Source of the DNA: Elainellaceae cyanobacterium
GTDB lineage: Bacteria > Cyanobacteriota > Cyanobacteriia > CAZCXK01
Assembly (NCBI GenBank): GCA_051117555.1
Contig: JBNPEG010000063.1
Location: forward strand, 91,245 to 145,230
Direction: 5' to 3'
DNA length: 53,986 nt
Made by a program: the position numbers and the translations under genes. Below the pieces are notes generated by a model that saw only the letters and a list, made by a program, of their open reading frames with translations, searched no databases and was not told the DNA's origin. How positions within the stretch are numbered: the first letter of the stretch is position 1; each line of letters begins with the position of its first letter. This document shows, in pieces, positions 1 to 8,866 of this stretch.

Positions 1-1
1 T

Positions 2-70
2 CTCTACCAAGATCAACTCAGCAGTGGTGAAGAAAGCCGATTTTTCAAATTTATTAGCCGAAATGACTAA
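2..70 (+). CDS. Possible 3' end of a gene entering from the left edge (LYQDQLSSGEESRFFKFISRND*)
   Basis: Open frame from window start to TAA at 68-70; too short to identify. Confidence 0.3.
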   Translation, partial: LYQDQLSSGEESRFFKFISRND

Positions 71-252
71 ATCGCTCTGTATGTGTTGTCGATTTTGTTG
101 CAATTCGTTCCCATTCAACGAATGCGGCGAGGCACAGAGATTGTCGTAAGTGGCGATCGCACCACCACCCGCATCCCCGATTTGATGTTTCGCCGATGTT
201 TCCAGACTTAGATGTCACTGCTGAACACATATTGCGGGCAGGGCGTTCATAA
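71..252 (+). pseudogene. Uma2-family (DUF820) endonuclease remnant with internal deletion
   Basis: Frame from 71 reads IALYVLSILLQFVPIQRMRRGTEIVVSGDRTTTRIPDLM; another frame from 190 reads SPMFPDLDVTAEHILRAGRS*. Both resemble cyanobacterial Uma2 segments; start and the central VEVVS/EYWIVDP region are missing. Confidence 0.65.
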
Positions 253-462
253 AAGATTTGTCATTCAAATAAATAAGTAATGCTTAAACACTAGCAAATA
301 ACGCTTAGACATTTCTTATGATTGGCTAGTGGTTTTAAGAAATTGAGCACCCAAATTTAGAAAACCACTACACGATCGGCGCAAATGGGTGCTGAATCAT
401 CCGATTTGTTTACGCATTATCGAACAACGTATAGGTGTATCTAATAATATGCACGCATTTTG

Positions 463-639
463 AATAAACGTGTATCCGTTTTCAATAAACGTGTATCCGT
501 TTTCAATAAATGCGTGCCCGTTTTCAATAAACGTGTATCCGTTTTCAATAAATGCGTGTCCGTTTTCAATAAATGCGTGCCCGTTTTCAATAAATGCGTG
601 TCCGTTTTCAATAAATGCGTGCCCGTTTTCAATAAATGT
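463..639. repeat. 21-bp tandem repeat, 8 full copies plus a partial copy (AATAAAYGYGTRYCCGTTTTC)
   Basis: Units start at 463, 484, 505, 526, 547, 568, 589 and 610, partial at 631; no spacers. Confidence 0.95.
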
Positions 640-653
640 GGCCCGCTAACTGA

Positions 654-699
654 TATAGCTTTACGCTCTTGTGTTAGGACGCTGAACGTTTAGTGAGCC
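654..699 (+). repeat. Dispersed MITE-like repeat family A, partial copy
   Basis: TATAGCTTTACGCTCTTGTGTTAGGACGCTGAACG matches 14973-15019 (+) and 10812-10858 (-). Confidence 0.75.
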
Positions 700-758
700 T
701 TCGCTTTAAGATACTTGCATCAATACTGCTTCTTTTAGTTCAATTTTCTTACTACTAA

Positions 759-812
759 AATGAGTCAGCCCTACCTGATCAGGGTGAGTTGAAAGGTAAA
801 ACCTCAGCCTTC
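759..812 (+). CRISPR. Single type V-K-like CRISPR repeat plus 17-nt tRNA-homing spacer (delocalised crRNA)
   Basis: 759-795 ends GCCCTACCTGATCAGGGTGAGTTGAAAG, a V-K-like 3' end. Spacer 796-812 GTAAAACCTCAGCCTTC is identical to tRNA-Gly 910-894 (minus strand), which is preceded by a GTG PAM. Confidence 0.8.
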
Positions 813-823
813 TTAGGCTTTCT

Positions 824-848
824 AACGACATTAATGAGTCACTGTACA
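824..848 (-). mobile_element. Tn7-like (CAST V-K) transposon end, truncated
   Basis: Minus strand from 848 reads TGTACA-GTGACTCATTAATGTCGTT (terminal TGTACA plus one TnsB-type site), 62 bp downstream of the PAM in tRNA-Gly. Confidence 0.8.
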
Positions 849-856
849 AAATTAAA

Positions 857-927
<71 letters not shown>

Positions 928-1110
928 ATGTAGGCGCGATCGCCCGCAGTTATTGCAATCATTCAGCATATGTAAGACTAACATAGATTCTAACAAATTC
1001 GTTAATTGAGTTGAGGGTCACGCGCGATCCAGCCGTGAGCGGACGTGAGCAAAACGCTGATACTCACCCCAGACAGAGTCTCTACATCCGTGTCATCTTG
1101 GCGATCGCGT

Positions 1111-2292
1111 TCAATTCAAGCTCTCATCATCGTCTGCTCGTGTGATTTGAAGCTCCACCGCGACATAGCTTAATTCCGGTGTGATACCATCTCCACTCGA
1201 CGGAGGCACAAATGTATTCTGCCACTCTTGGATCAGACAGACCGCAAGCTGATCATAGGTCGGGCTACCCGTCTGCTGCATGACCTGGGGAGGGGTGTCT
1301 TCCGCTAGCGAAACTCTGGCATTTTGGTCGTCCACTGTTTCTAATGTGACAGCCAATCGAACGATCTGTCCCAAATACCTCATATCTTGCGGATTGAGCA
1401 AACAGAGTGAATTCATTGGGTCGAGGGCAAAGGTCTGCTCTCGCTGATCGTCGGAAATATCTGGAGGAATGTCGGTTGGCTCGTCAGGCATGAGCGAGAC
1501 GATGCTGAGAATTCGAGCTTCGATTTGGGTTGGGGTTGGATTAGTGGCGATCGCTGTCTCGTCAGATGGCGGCAGGGCATCGGCTACATTGCCTGGATTG
1601 ACAGGAGGTTGCGGATCGATTGAAGGAGGCAACTCATTGGGATCAAATGGAGTGGATTCAATTTGCGGCAGGGTGTCTGAAGCAATAGGGGCAGGGGAGT
1701 TGGAGGCTATAGTCTCGGATTCAGGAGTCTCGGATTCAGAATTCTCGGACTCAAGGACATCGCGTTGATCGGGTGGATTACTCTGCGCTGGCGTCTGCGC
1801 TGGCGTCTGCGTTGGCAAGGTAGGCTCTATCTCTGGCGGTGTAGCAGGAGCCAGCTCGGCATCAGGAGAGACTGCGATCGAGTCATTTCCTTGAGCCACC
1901 GTAGAATCAACTGCCCTAGAAGCGATCGTTGAATCAAGTGATGGCGCAGACAAATCAATGTCTGAACTGGGAGAATCAGATGAGGATGGGTTGGGCGCAG
2001 CAGGGAGAATTGACGATGCAGAGGGTGAGGCTGCTGATGCGTCTAACTCAGGTTCAAGCTCAATAAATTCGATGGGGATCGAAGACTTTCCCCCAGACGG
2101 CGCAGAGGTCGCAGAGGTTAATCGTACAACTTGAAACCAAATGGCACTGACTGCCAGCAAATGAAGCGCGATCGCCCCCGTAATCACCGACCACCACAAG
2201 TTTGCATTGATGGAGTGTTGCTGCTGTCTCTCGAAGACAGGAACATAGGAAGAGGGTGACTGTTTGGTGAAGGGTGTCATGCGGCTGGTCAA
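1111..2292 (-). CDS. TonB-like protein (N-terminal TM helix, Pro/Ser-rich linker, TonB-C-like C-terminus)
   Basis: TM AIALHLLAV, IPIEFIEL motif, long Pro-rich spacer, TGSPTYDQLA..W..F.P; start may be ATG 2280. Confidence 0.6.
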   Translation of the reverse strand: MTSRMTPFTKQSPSSYVPVFERQQQHSINANLWWSVITGAIALHLLAVSAIWFQVVRLTSATSAPSGGKSSIPIEFIELEPELDASAASPSASSILPAAPNPSSSDSPSSDIDLSAPSLDSTIASRAVDSTVAQGNDSIAVSPDAELAPATPPEIEPTLPTQTPAQTPAQSNPPDQRDVLESENSESETPESETIASNSPAPIASDTLPQIESTPFDPNELPPSIDPQPPVNPGNVADALPPSDETAIATNPTPTQIEARILSIVSLMPDEPTDIPPDISDDQREQTFALDPMNSLCLLNPQDMRYLGQIVRLAVTLETVDDQNARVSLAEDTPPQVMQQTGSPTYDQLAVCLIQEWQNTFVPPSSGDGITPELSYVAVELQITRADDDESLN

Positions 2293-2495
2293 ACGGGGTA
2301 GATGATGTCAATCTGCAATCTTCCTGTAGCAGAGTTAAAGACGGCTTCTATCCAAGAAAAGTGTCCTAATAAAGCCAGGGATAGCTTTCCCATTGAAGGG
2401 GGGCGATCGCACATTGTTTTTACGAAAAAATGTACGAAAAATGGAATCAGCACCGCATCCGCGCCCGTCACTTTGTTATGATTGATCAGCCAGGT

Positions 2496-2577
2496 GCGGA
2501 TGTGGCGGAATTGGTAGACGCGCTAGATTTAGGTTCTAGTGCCGCAAGGCGTGGGGGTTCAAGTCCCTTCATCCGCA
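2496..2577 (+). tRNA. trnL: tRNA-Leu (TAG)
   Basis: GCGGATGTGGCGGAATTGGTAGACGCGCTAGATTTAGGTTCTAG...GTTCAAGTCCCTTCATCCGCA; long variable arm, TAG anticodon. Confidence 0.97.
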
Positions 2578-2654
2578 TTAGCATGCTCAAGCTAGTAGTT
2601 AGATGTTTAATTGCTAGATGTTTAATTGCTAGATGATTTGATTACGGGCATTTG

Positions 2655-3074
2655 ATGAGTATTCGACCGTTTCATCTTGCGTTTCCAGTTCAAGATTTAG
2701 CAGCCACGCGCCACTTTTATGAAACGGTTTTAGGATGCAGCATTGGTCGCACAGCCGCTACGTGGATTGATTTCAACGTGTTCGGGCATCAAATTACCGC
2801 GCATCTTTGCACCGAACCAATAACGGCAATTCATACCAATGCGGTCGATAATCGGCACGTTCCAGTTCAGCATTGGGGTGTCATTTTAGAAATAGACCAG
2901 TGGCATGTGCTAGCTGAGCGACTTAGGTGCCACGGTATTTCGTTTATCATTGAGCCTCATATTCGGTTTCAAGGCGAGGTCGGAGAACAGGCTACGATGT
3001 TCTTTCTCGACCCAAACGGGCATGCTCTAGAATTCAAAGCATTCCAACGGGATGACGCCATTTTTGCGTCATGA
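2655..3074 (+). CDS. VOC/glyoxalase family protein
   Basis: FHLAFPV..L..TRHFY, GHQITAH, EQATMFFLDPNGHALEFKAF. Confidence 0.9.
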   Translation: MSIRPFHLAFPVQDLAATRHFYETVLGCSIGRTAATWIDFNVFGHQITAHLCTEPITAIHTNAVDNRHVPVQHWGVILEIDQWHVLAERLRCHGISFIIEPHIRFQGEVGEQATMFFLDPNGHALEFKAFQRDDAIFAS

Positions 3075-3135
3075 TCATCGCCCCAATCGACGATTTCAGC
3101 CTATTAACTACACCATTCCCATCCACTCAAGAGCA

Positions 3136-3612
3136 TCAAGGCGCCCAAATGAGTTGGATAAACCGCCCAACAAGCCAGGCGAGCAGGGTGTAAACGAGCA
3201 TGGCAATAATTAAATTGACATCGAAAATAGACTCTCCCCCTCTTAGAGTCGGGCTGATAAACAGGGTTGAGAATGGGGCGACAAATGGAGCTGAAAAGTC
3301 GTAGATGACTCTGGCGAATAAATTCTCCTGATTTGCGCCAAACAATCGCAAAATAAATCGAAGCGCCAGCAAAATCAGCAGCGCACCTACGATGTAATAG
3401 ACAATATTGACTGCACGGTTGACAACCGACTCTCTCCTAGCCCTAGCGAGTCGATTTTCGTCCTCTCGTAGGCGTCGTTCTTCCTCTCGGATGCGTTGCT
3501 CTTCGCGAAGCAAACGCTCGTGTTCGCTGATACGCCGTTGTTGCGGATTGTGAGGGCGAAATTCTTCTGATTTATTTGGCTCATCGTCAAAGGGCTTTTT
3601 ATCGTCTTCCAT
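3136..3612 (-). CDS. YggT family membrane protein with charged N-terminus
   Basis: LALRFILRLFGAN.EN.FARVIYDFSAPFVAPF. Confidence 0.8.
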   Translation of the reverse strand: MEDDKKPFDDEPNKSEEFRPHNPQQRRISEHERLLREEQRIREEERRLREDENRLARARRESVVNRAVNIVYYIVGALLILLALRFILRLFGANQENLFARVIYDFSAPFVAPFSTLFISPTLRGGESIFDVNLIIAMLVYTLLAWLVGRFIQLIWAP

Positions 3613-3786
3613 AGTTCACTTCCAAATAAGTTCCACGTAATGATCTAAACTAAACTGCCCTGAAAGTCTTTGCGTCAGCCAAATGATTGGTTTTGGACTG
3701 ACAGGATAAGAAAATCGAATCCTGTTCAAAAAAAGTTCACTGGTAACAGATTACAAGATTGTCTGAGTGTCTAGAACTCGATTATT

Positions 3787-4515
3787 TTACTCAGAACGGT
3801 TAGAGTCTTCGTCGGGTTGTGAGGCGTCAGAATCTCGCTGGGGAGTGTCCTCAGACTCTTCAGGAGGTAAATCTTCGGTTTCTAATGGAGAATTGGTTGC
3901 ATTCTCACGGGCAGGAGCGATCGCCCGCTGGTCTTCTTCATTGATTAAGTCTTGAAGGGCTCTTGCCAAAATTGAGATCGTTTCTCGACGAGTGTTGACC
4001 TGATCAGCGACGTCAGCAATGCGAGTTTCTAGCTCTTGAAGCTGATCTTGATTGGTTTGCACATCGGTCACGATCCGTTCTGGAAAACGATTGCTGAGCG
4101 AATCGAGTTGCGATTCGACCTGCTCAATTCGCTCGACTGCGATCGACTCGGTAGCGATCGCCTCAACCTGTTGAACCAGTCGTGCTTGATTAGAGCGCAA
4201 ACTAAATGACAACCAGCTAATCACCCCGCTAGCAATGGCGATCGCCCCCACTAACGCTACCGTCAGCCAATAAATATGCCCCCGCAGATGAGACACATCT
4301 TTATTTACCTTATTAGTCTCAGATAGATAGGCTAATTTTAGTTCTAATAACTCTTGGGCTAATCCTTCTAGCTTCTGATGCTCAAAATTATAAGCGGTTG
4401 CGCCAGGCTGATTTGATTGCTCACGACTCACCGGAACAAGTTCGCTGCCCGACGTCTGATTGTGACTGTCATTGGGAGTAGCGTCGGAATTTTCGTGAAA
4501 GAGATCGTCAGACAT
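3787..4515 (-). CDS. Hypothetical single-TM coiled-coil protein
   Basis: 242-aa ORF with one TM helix, heptad region and acidic tail. Confidence 0.7.
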   Translation of the reverse strand: MSDDLFHENSDATPNDSHNQTSGSELVPVSREQSNQPGATAYNFEHQKLEGLAQELLELKLAYLSETNKVNKDVSHLRGHIYWLTVALVGAIAIASGVISWLSFSLRSNQARLVQQVEAIATESIAVERIEQVESQLDSLSNRFPERIVTDVQTNQDQLQELETRIADVADQVNTRRETISILARALQDLINEEDQRAIAPARENATNSPLETEDLPPEESEDTPQRDSDASQPDEDSNRSE

Positions 4516-4535
4516 AAGAGTAATCGATAAATATA

Positions 4536-4829
4536 TTACGATGCAGGGTGTTCGTCATCGACGGAAGTTTCATGGGTAATACTCAACTGCTGGAGCTGTT
4601 GCTCTACGTCTTGCAGCCGGTTATACGTCAAAATCAATCCAACCGCGAGTGCGATCGCCCCCCCTCCTAAGACGATGACGGCGATCGCGAGCCACACTTG
4701 CAATCGATGTGTAGATGTTTTGAGCGATCGCAAATCATCCTGAGTCTCACTCAAAAACTTCATCGCTCTCAAGTCAGACCAGACGGTATATTGCCTAGGC
4801 TGATCCTTTCCTTGCTGATGTTGGGACAT
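4536..4829 (-). CDS. Hypothetical single-TM protein
   Basis: 97-aa ORF, TM helix, 20 bp upstream of the co-oriented 242-aa gene. Confidence 0.6.
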   Translation of the reverse strand: MSQHQQGKDQPRQYTVWSDLRAMKFLSETQDDLRSLKTSTHRLQVWLAIAVIVLGGGAIALAVGLILTYNRLQDVEQQLQQLSITHETSVDDEHPAS

Positions 4830-5250
4830 TCAATACCTAGCAGACTGCATCGGTGCTATTCTCGCGTTAATTCTATTGATGTATGGTGAATCGGTCGTCA
4901 AGGTTTACAAAAATTAGCGCCATCATCTCAACTTTATTCAGCTTCTATCCAATTTGAATTTATGATGAGCGAGCTCGAATTAGGTCGCAAACCTGGATTC
5001 ATCTATGATTACCTCGACGTTAATACCGCATTCGTCATTTTTGAAGCTCTAACTTTCAAACGTTTTCAAACGCCGATTGAGAAACCTTATACACAATTGA
5101 TTGCGTCCTCATGCAAAGAAATGCATAGTGACTATCGATCTGTTGAGCCTTGATTTAATTCGGCCTTATAAATACGGCCTTATAAATACGGCTTTACATC
5201 AATACTCGCAATCTTTCCCGCTTGCTTCTTACTCGTCGTCGAAGGCACCT

Positions 5251-7056
5251 ATGACCGATTTTGTGAACCCAATTTTCCTGACGCTAGCCATTATCGTCTT
5301 GGCATTGGCGAGTTTTATCGCAGAATGGCTACCTGTTGACCTAACCGCCCTTGCAGTTGCAATCCTCTTGATGGTGTTAGGCTTAGTCACGCCTGAGGAA
5401 GGAATCTCTGGATTTGGAAACTCCGCCACAATCACCGTCATGGCGATGTTTATCTTGAGTGCCGGAATTTCTCGAACGGGGATAATTCAGCAGGTTCGAG
5501 ATCTCCTGATGCGTTGGGGCGGAAAACTGCTTCCCCAACAGATCTTCGTGTTGGGCATGATTGTGGGGCCGATTACCGCATTTATCAATAACACAGCCGT
5601 CGTCGCAGTTTTCTTGCCCATCGTTGAAGACTGGTGCAAAAAGCAAGGAATCTCACCCTCTAAAATGCTGATCCCCTTGTCGTATTCCACCATTATGGGG
5701 GGCATGCTGACCGTCATTGGTACCTCCACGAACGTCTTAGCTAGCGGATTATCTAAGCAATTAGGATATGGAGAGTTTGGGCTATTTCAGTTCACCGGGC
5801 TAGGCGTTGTGATTTTTGTGCTGGGAATGACTTATCTAGCCCTGGTTGCGCCTCGATTGCTCCCCGCTCGCAGAGCATCATCCGATGACTTTATCAGCGG
5901 CGACTATGCACTCAAGGAATATGTGAGTGAAGTAGTGATTACGCCTGGGTCTAGCCTAGTTGGTCAAACGCTGCGCTCGACCGGGATTCAGCGGAAATTT
6001 GATGTTGACATATTAGAGATCATTCGGAATGGCAGCCACTTTGCTCAACCGTTAGCGGATAAGCCTTTGATGGCAGGCGATATCTTACTGGTGCGCGGTG
6101 GCAAAGATGATTTATTGAATATCCGGGAGGAGAAAGGATTAGAAATCTTACCCGATGTGCAATTTGGGCAAGAATCTATAGAGTCGGAGCTAAGTTCTGG
6201 TGAGGAAAGCATTGCAGAGGTTCTGATTTTGTCAAATTCTCGCTTGAGCGGGTCAACGCTCAAAGAAATCCGCTTTCGACAGCGTTATAACGCGACTGTC
6301 CTAGCCATTCGGCGAGGTCAAGAACTCATCCGAGACCGTCTGGGTAAAGTGCCGCTCCGCTTCGGCGATTTGCTGCTGGTGCAAGGTCCGCGAGAGAGTT
6401 TTGTGGGTCTTCAGACGACTCGTGAGCTTCTAGTGCTAGAACAGCGCGATGTCGAAACATTGCGACAAGATAAAGCCGGAATTGCGATCGCCATTATTTT
6501 AGGAGCGATCGCACTTGCCGCATTCAACATCATGCCCATCATGGTCAGCGCTTTGGCAGGCGTGGTGTTGATGGTAATCACGGGCTGCCTCAAACCTGGA
6601 GAACTGTATGGCGCTGTCCGGTGGGACATTATTTTCTTGCTGGCAGGGTTGATTCCACTTGGGATTGCGATGGACAAATCAGGCACAACCAAATGGCTTG
6701 CCGACCAACTGCTTGCGTTGGGGGGAAATCTGTCCGGATATTGGATTTTGACCTTTTTCTTCATCGCCACCTCGTTGCTCACCGAAATTATTTCAAATAA
6801 TGCATCCGTGGTGCTCATGATTCCGGTTGCAGTTGAGGTGGCAAAAACCCTGGGGCTCAATCCGCTGGCGTTTATGTTCGCCGTTACCTTTGCTGCATCA
6901 AACAGCTATATGACTCCGATCGGCTATCAGACCAACACGATGGTCTACGGTGCAGGTGGGTATAAGTTCCTAGACTTTGTCAGAGTGGGGGCTCCGCTTA
7001 ACTTAATGATGGCGATCGTCACCCCCCTGATGATTGTTTGGATTTATGGACTGTAA
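5251..7056 (+). CDS. SLC13/CitMHS-type permease with TrkA-C (RCK_C) domains
   Basis: FINNTAVV, GTSTN, ISNNAS and TPIGYQTN motifs; two RCK_C repeats; ATG 5251 preferred. Confidence 0.92.
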   Translation: MTDFVNPIFLTLAIIVLALASFIAEWLPVDLTALAVAILLMVLGLVTPEEGISGFGNSATITVMAMFILSAGISRTGIIQQVRDLLMRWGGKLLPQQIFVLGMIVGPITAFINNTAVVAVFLPIVEDWCKKQGISPSKMLIPLSYSTIMGGMLTVIGTSTNVLASGLSKQLGYGEFGLFQFTGLGVVIFVLGMTYLALVAPRLLPARRASSDDFISGDYALKEYVSEVVITPGSSLVGQTLRSTGIQRKFDVDILEIIRNGSHFAQPLADKPLMAGDILLVRGGKDDLLNIREEKGLEILPDVQFGQESIESELSSGEESIAEVLILSNSRLSGSTLKEIRFRQRYNATVLAIRRGQELIRDRLGKVPLRFGDLLLVQGPRESFVGLQTTRELLVLEQRDVETLRQDKAGIAIAIILGAIALAAFNIMPIMVSALAGVVLMVITGCLKPGELYGAVRWDIIFLLAGLIPLGIAMDKSGTTKWLADQLLALGGNLSGYWILTFFFIATSLLTEIISNNASVVLMIPVAVEVAKTLGLNPLAFMFAVTFAASNSYMTPIGYQTNTMVYGAGGYKFLDFVRVGAPLNLMMAIVTPLMIVWIYGL

Positions 7057-7125
7057 TTCCAAATCCCTCTGAGGAAGCGATAGGATCATCATGACAGAGA
7101 AAAACGCACGTCGTTTGTCAGGTTA

Positions 7126-8637
7126 ATGGTGATTCAAAAAACAATTCAGCGCATCAGCCAGTTCGGTCAGTCGAGATCTAACGATCAGCGCACATGGGAC
7201 CCCATCGTCAAAGAATTTGAACACGTGGTCGGCAAAAAAGGGGTTATCCGCCGCCGAGACGAATTGCTGGTCTATGAATGTGACGGGCTGACGAGTTATC
7301 GCCAACGCCCTGCGGTGGTGGTGCTTCCTCGAACCACTGAGCAAGTCGCAGACATCGTTAAAGTGTGCGATCGCCATGATGTGCCCTTTATTGCTCGGGG
7401 CGCAGGGACTGGTCTCTCCGGTGGAGCCTTACCCATTGAAAACTGTGTGCTCATCGTCACGGCGTTGATGAAGAAGATTCTAGATATTGATCTGGAGAAT
7501 CATCAAGTCGTCGTCCAACCGGGCGTTATTAACAACTGGGTCACCCAAGCTGTCAGCGGAAGCGGCTTCTACTACGCACCCGATCCCTCGAGTCAGGTCG
7601 TGTGTTCTATCGGCGGCAATGTTGCCGAAAATTCTGGAGGCGTTCACTGCCTCAAGTATGGAGTGACAACCAACCACGTTCTGGGGCTCAAGCTGGTGTT
7701 ACCAGACGGTTCCATCATGGATGTCGGTGGCAAGGTTCCTGAAATGCCAGGGTATGACCTAACCGGGCTGTTTGTCGGTTCCGAAGGGACGTTAGGAATC
7801 GCCACCGAAATTACGTTAAAGATTCTCAAAGCACCTGAAGCAATTCACGTTTTATTGGCAGACTTCATGACAATCGAAGCCGCCGGGCAAACCGTTTCTG
7901 ACGTTATTGGCGCTGGCATCATCCCGGCTGGAATGGAAATGATGGACAATTTCAGCATTAACGCCGTTGAAAATGTCGTTGAAACAAACTGCTATCCCCG
8001 CGACGCCACCGCTATTTTGCTAATCGAAATTGATGGCCTAGACGTGGAGGTGGCTGAAAATGCAGCCAGAATTGAGACGATTTGTCGCAACAACGGAGCG
8101 CGGAGCATTACCACTGCGACCGACCCACAAGAACGATTGACCTTGTGGAAAGGGCGCAAAGCTGCCTTTGCCGCGATGGGCAAAATTAGCCCAGACTATT
8201 ATGTCCAAGATGGGGTTATCCCCCGCACGAAGCTGCCCTACGTGCTTCAAGAAATTGCAGAATTGGGCAAAAAACATGGCTACGCGGTAGCAAACGTGTT
8301 TCACGCAGGCGATGGCAACCTACATCCGCTCATCCTCTACGACAATTCGATTCCGGGACAGCTTGAAGCCGTTGAAAAACTCGGAGGGGATATCCTCAAA
8401 CTTTGCGTAAAAGTAGGCGGCAGCATCTCAGGAGAACACGGCATTGGCGCAGATAAACGCTGCTACATGCCTGATATGTTTACCCAGGCAGACTTGGAGA
8501 CGATGCAGTGGGTACGTCAGGTGTTTAACCCCAAAGGGCTTGCCAATCCTGAGAAGATATTTCCCACGCCTCGAACCTGCGGTGAAGCGGCAAGAGCGAT
8601 CGCCCAGCAGCAGTTTCCAGATGTAGAGCGATTTTAG
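7126..8637 (+). CDS. glcD: Glycolate dehydrogenase subunit GlcD
   Basis: RGAGTGLSGG, YAPDPSSQ, GSEGTLG, HAGDGNLH, SGEHGIG. Confidence 0.93.
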   Translation: MVIQKTIQRISQFGQSRSNDQRTWDPIVKEFEHVVGKKGVIRRRDELLVYECDGLTSYRQRPAVVVLPRTTEQVADIVKVCDRHDVPFIARGAGTGLSGGALPIENCVLIVTALMKKILDIDLENHQVVVQPGVINNWVTQAVSGSGFYYAPDPSSQVVCSIGGNVAENSGGVHCLKYGVTTNHVLGLKLVLPDGSIMDVGGKVPEMPGYDLTGLFVGSEGTLGIATEITLKILKAPEAIHVLLADFMTIEAAGQTVSDVIGAGIIPAGMEMMDNFSINAVENVVETNCYPRDATAILLIEIDGLDVEVAENAARIETICRNNGARSITTATDPQERLTLWKGRKAAFAAMGKISPDYYVQDGVIPRTKLPYVLQEIAELGKKHGYAVANVFHAGDGNLHPLILYDNSIPGQLEAVEKLGGDILKLCVKVGGSISGEHGIGADKRCYMPDMFTQADLETMQWVRQVFNPKGLANPEKIFPTPRTCGEAARAIAQQQFPDVERF

Positions 8638-8810
8638 GCAATCCAATGACAGTAAAATCACCCGGTTGGGTGAGACGGCTTGGGTGAGGTGTCTTCCGAG
8701 TAATTTCCGTATTCTTAAACCCATAGGAACTGGACACGCGAAGACTGCGCTAAAGGGGGCAAAAGCAGACTAATCGTTGGTCCGATGTTCCTCCAAGGAT
8801 GCACGTTGCT

Positions 8811-8840
8811 ACGCCCGGCAGGAATGCTGGGTGTTTTTTT
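8811..8840 (+). terminator. Intrinsic terminator
   Basis: ACGCCCGGCA-GGAA-TGCTGGGTGT followed by a T-run. Confidence 0.75.
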
Positions 8841-8866
8841 AGTCACCCATTGAAAGGAATATTGCC

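Noticed and set aside
2..70. Left-edge ORF as the end of cas12k
   Set aside because: The peptide does not resemble the Cas12k C-terminus as I recall it, and no tracrRNA-like sequence follows
463..639. 21-bp array as a CRISPR array or as real 63/77-aa genes
   Set aside because: Units are contiguous with no unique spacers; the ORFs are by-products of a stop-free 21-bp period and lack an RBS
759..841. AATGAGTCA direct repeats (759-767, 833-841) as a target-site duplication
   Set aside because: The enclosed segment has no TIRs; the repeats are better explained as TnsB-site cores of the CAST end
2578..2650. Second integration site at tRNA-Leu
   Set aside because: No TGTACA end, att duplication or integrase downstream
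8773..8840. Glutamine riboswitch or IsaR1
   Set aside because: ATCGTTGG start lacks the GGAAGTA core; IsaR1 similarity is limited to a few bases and there is no Fur box upstream
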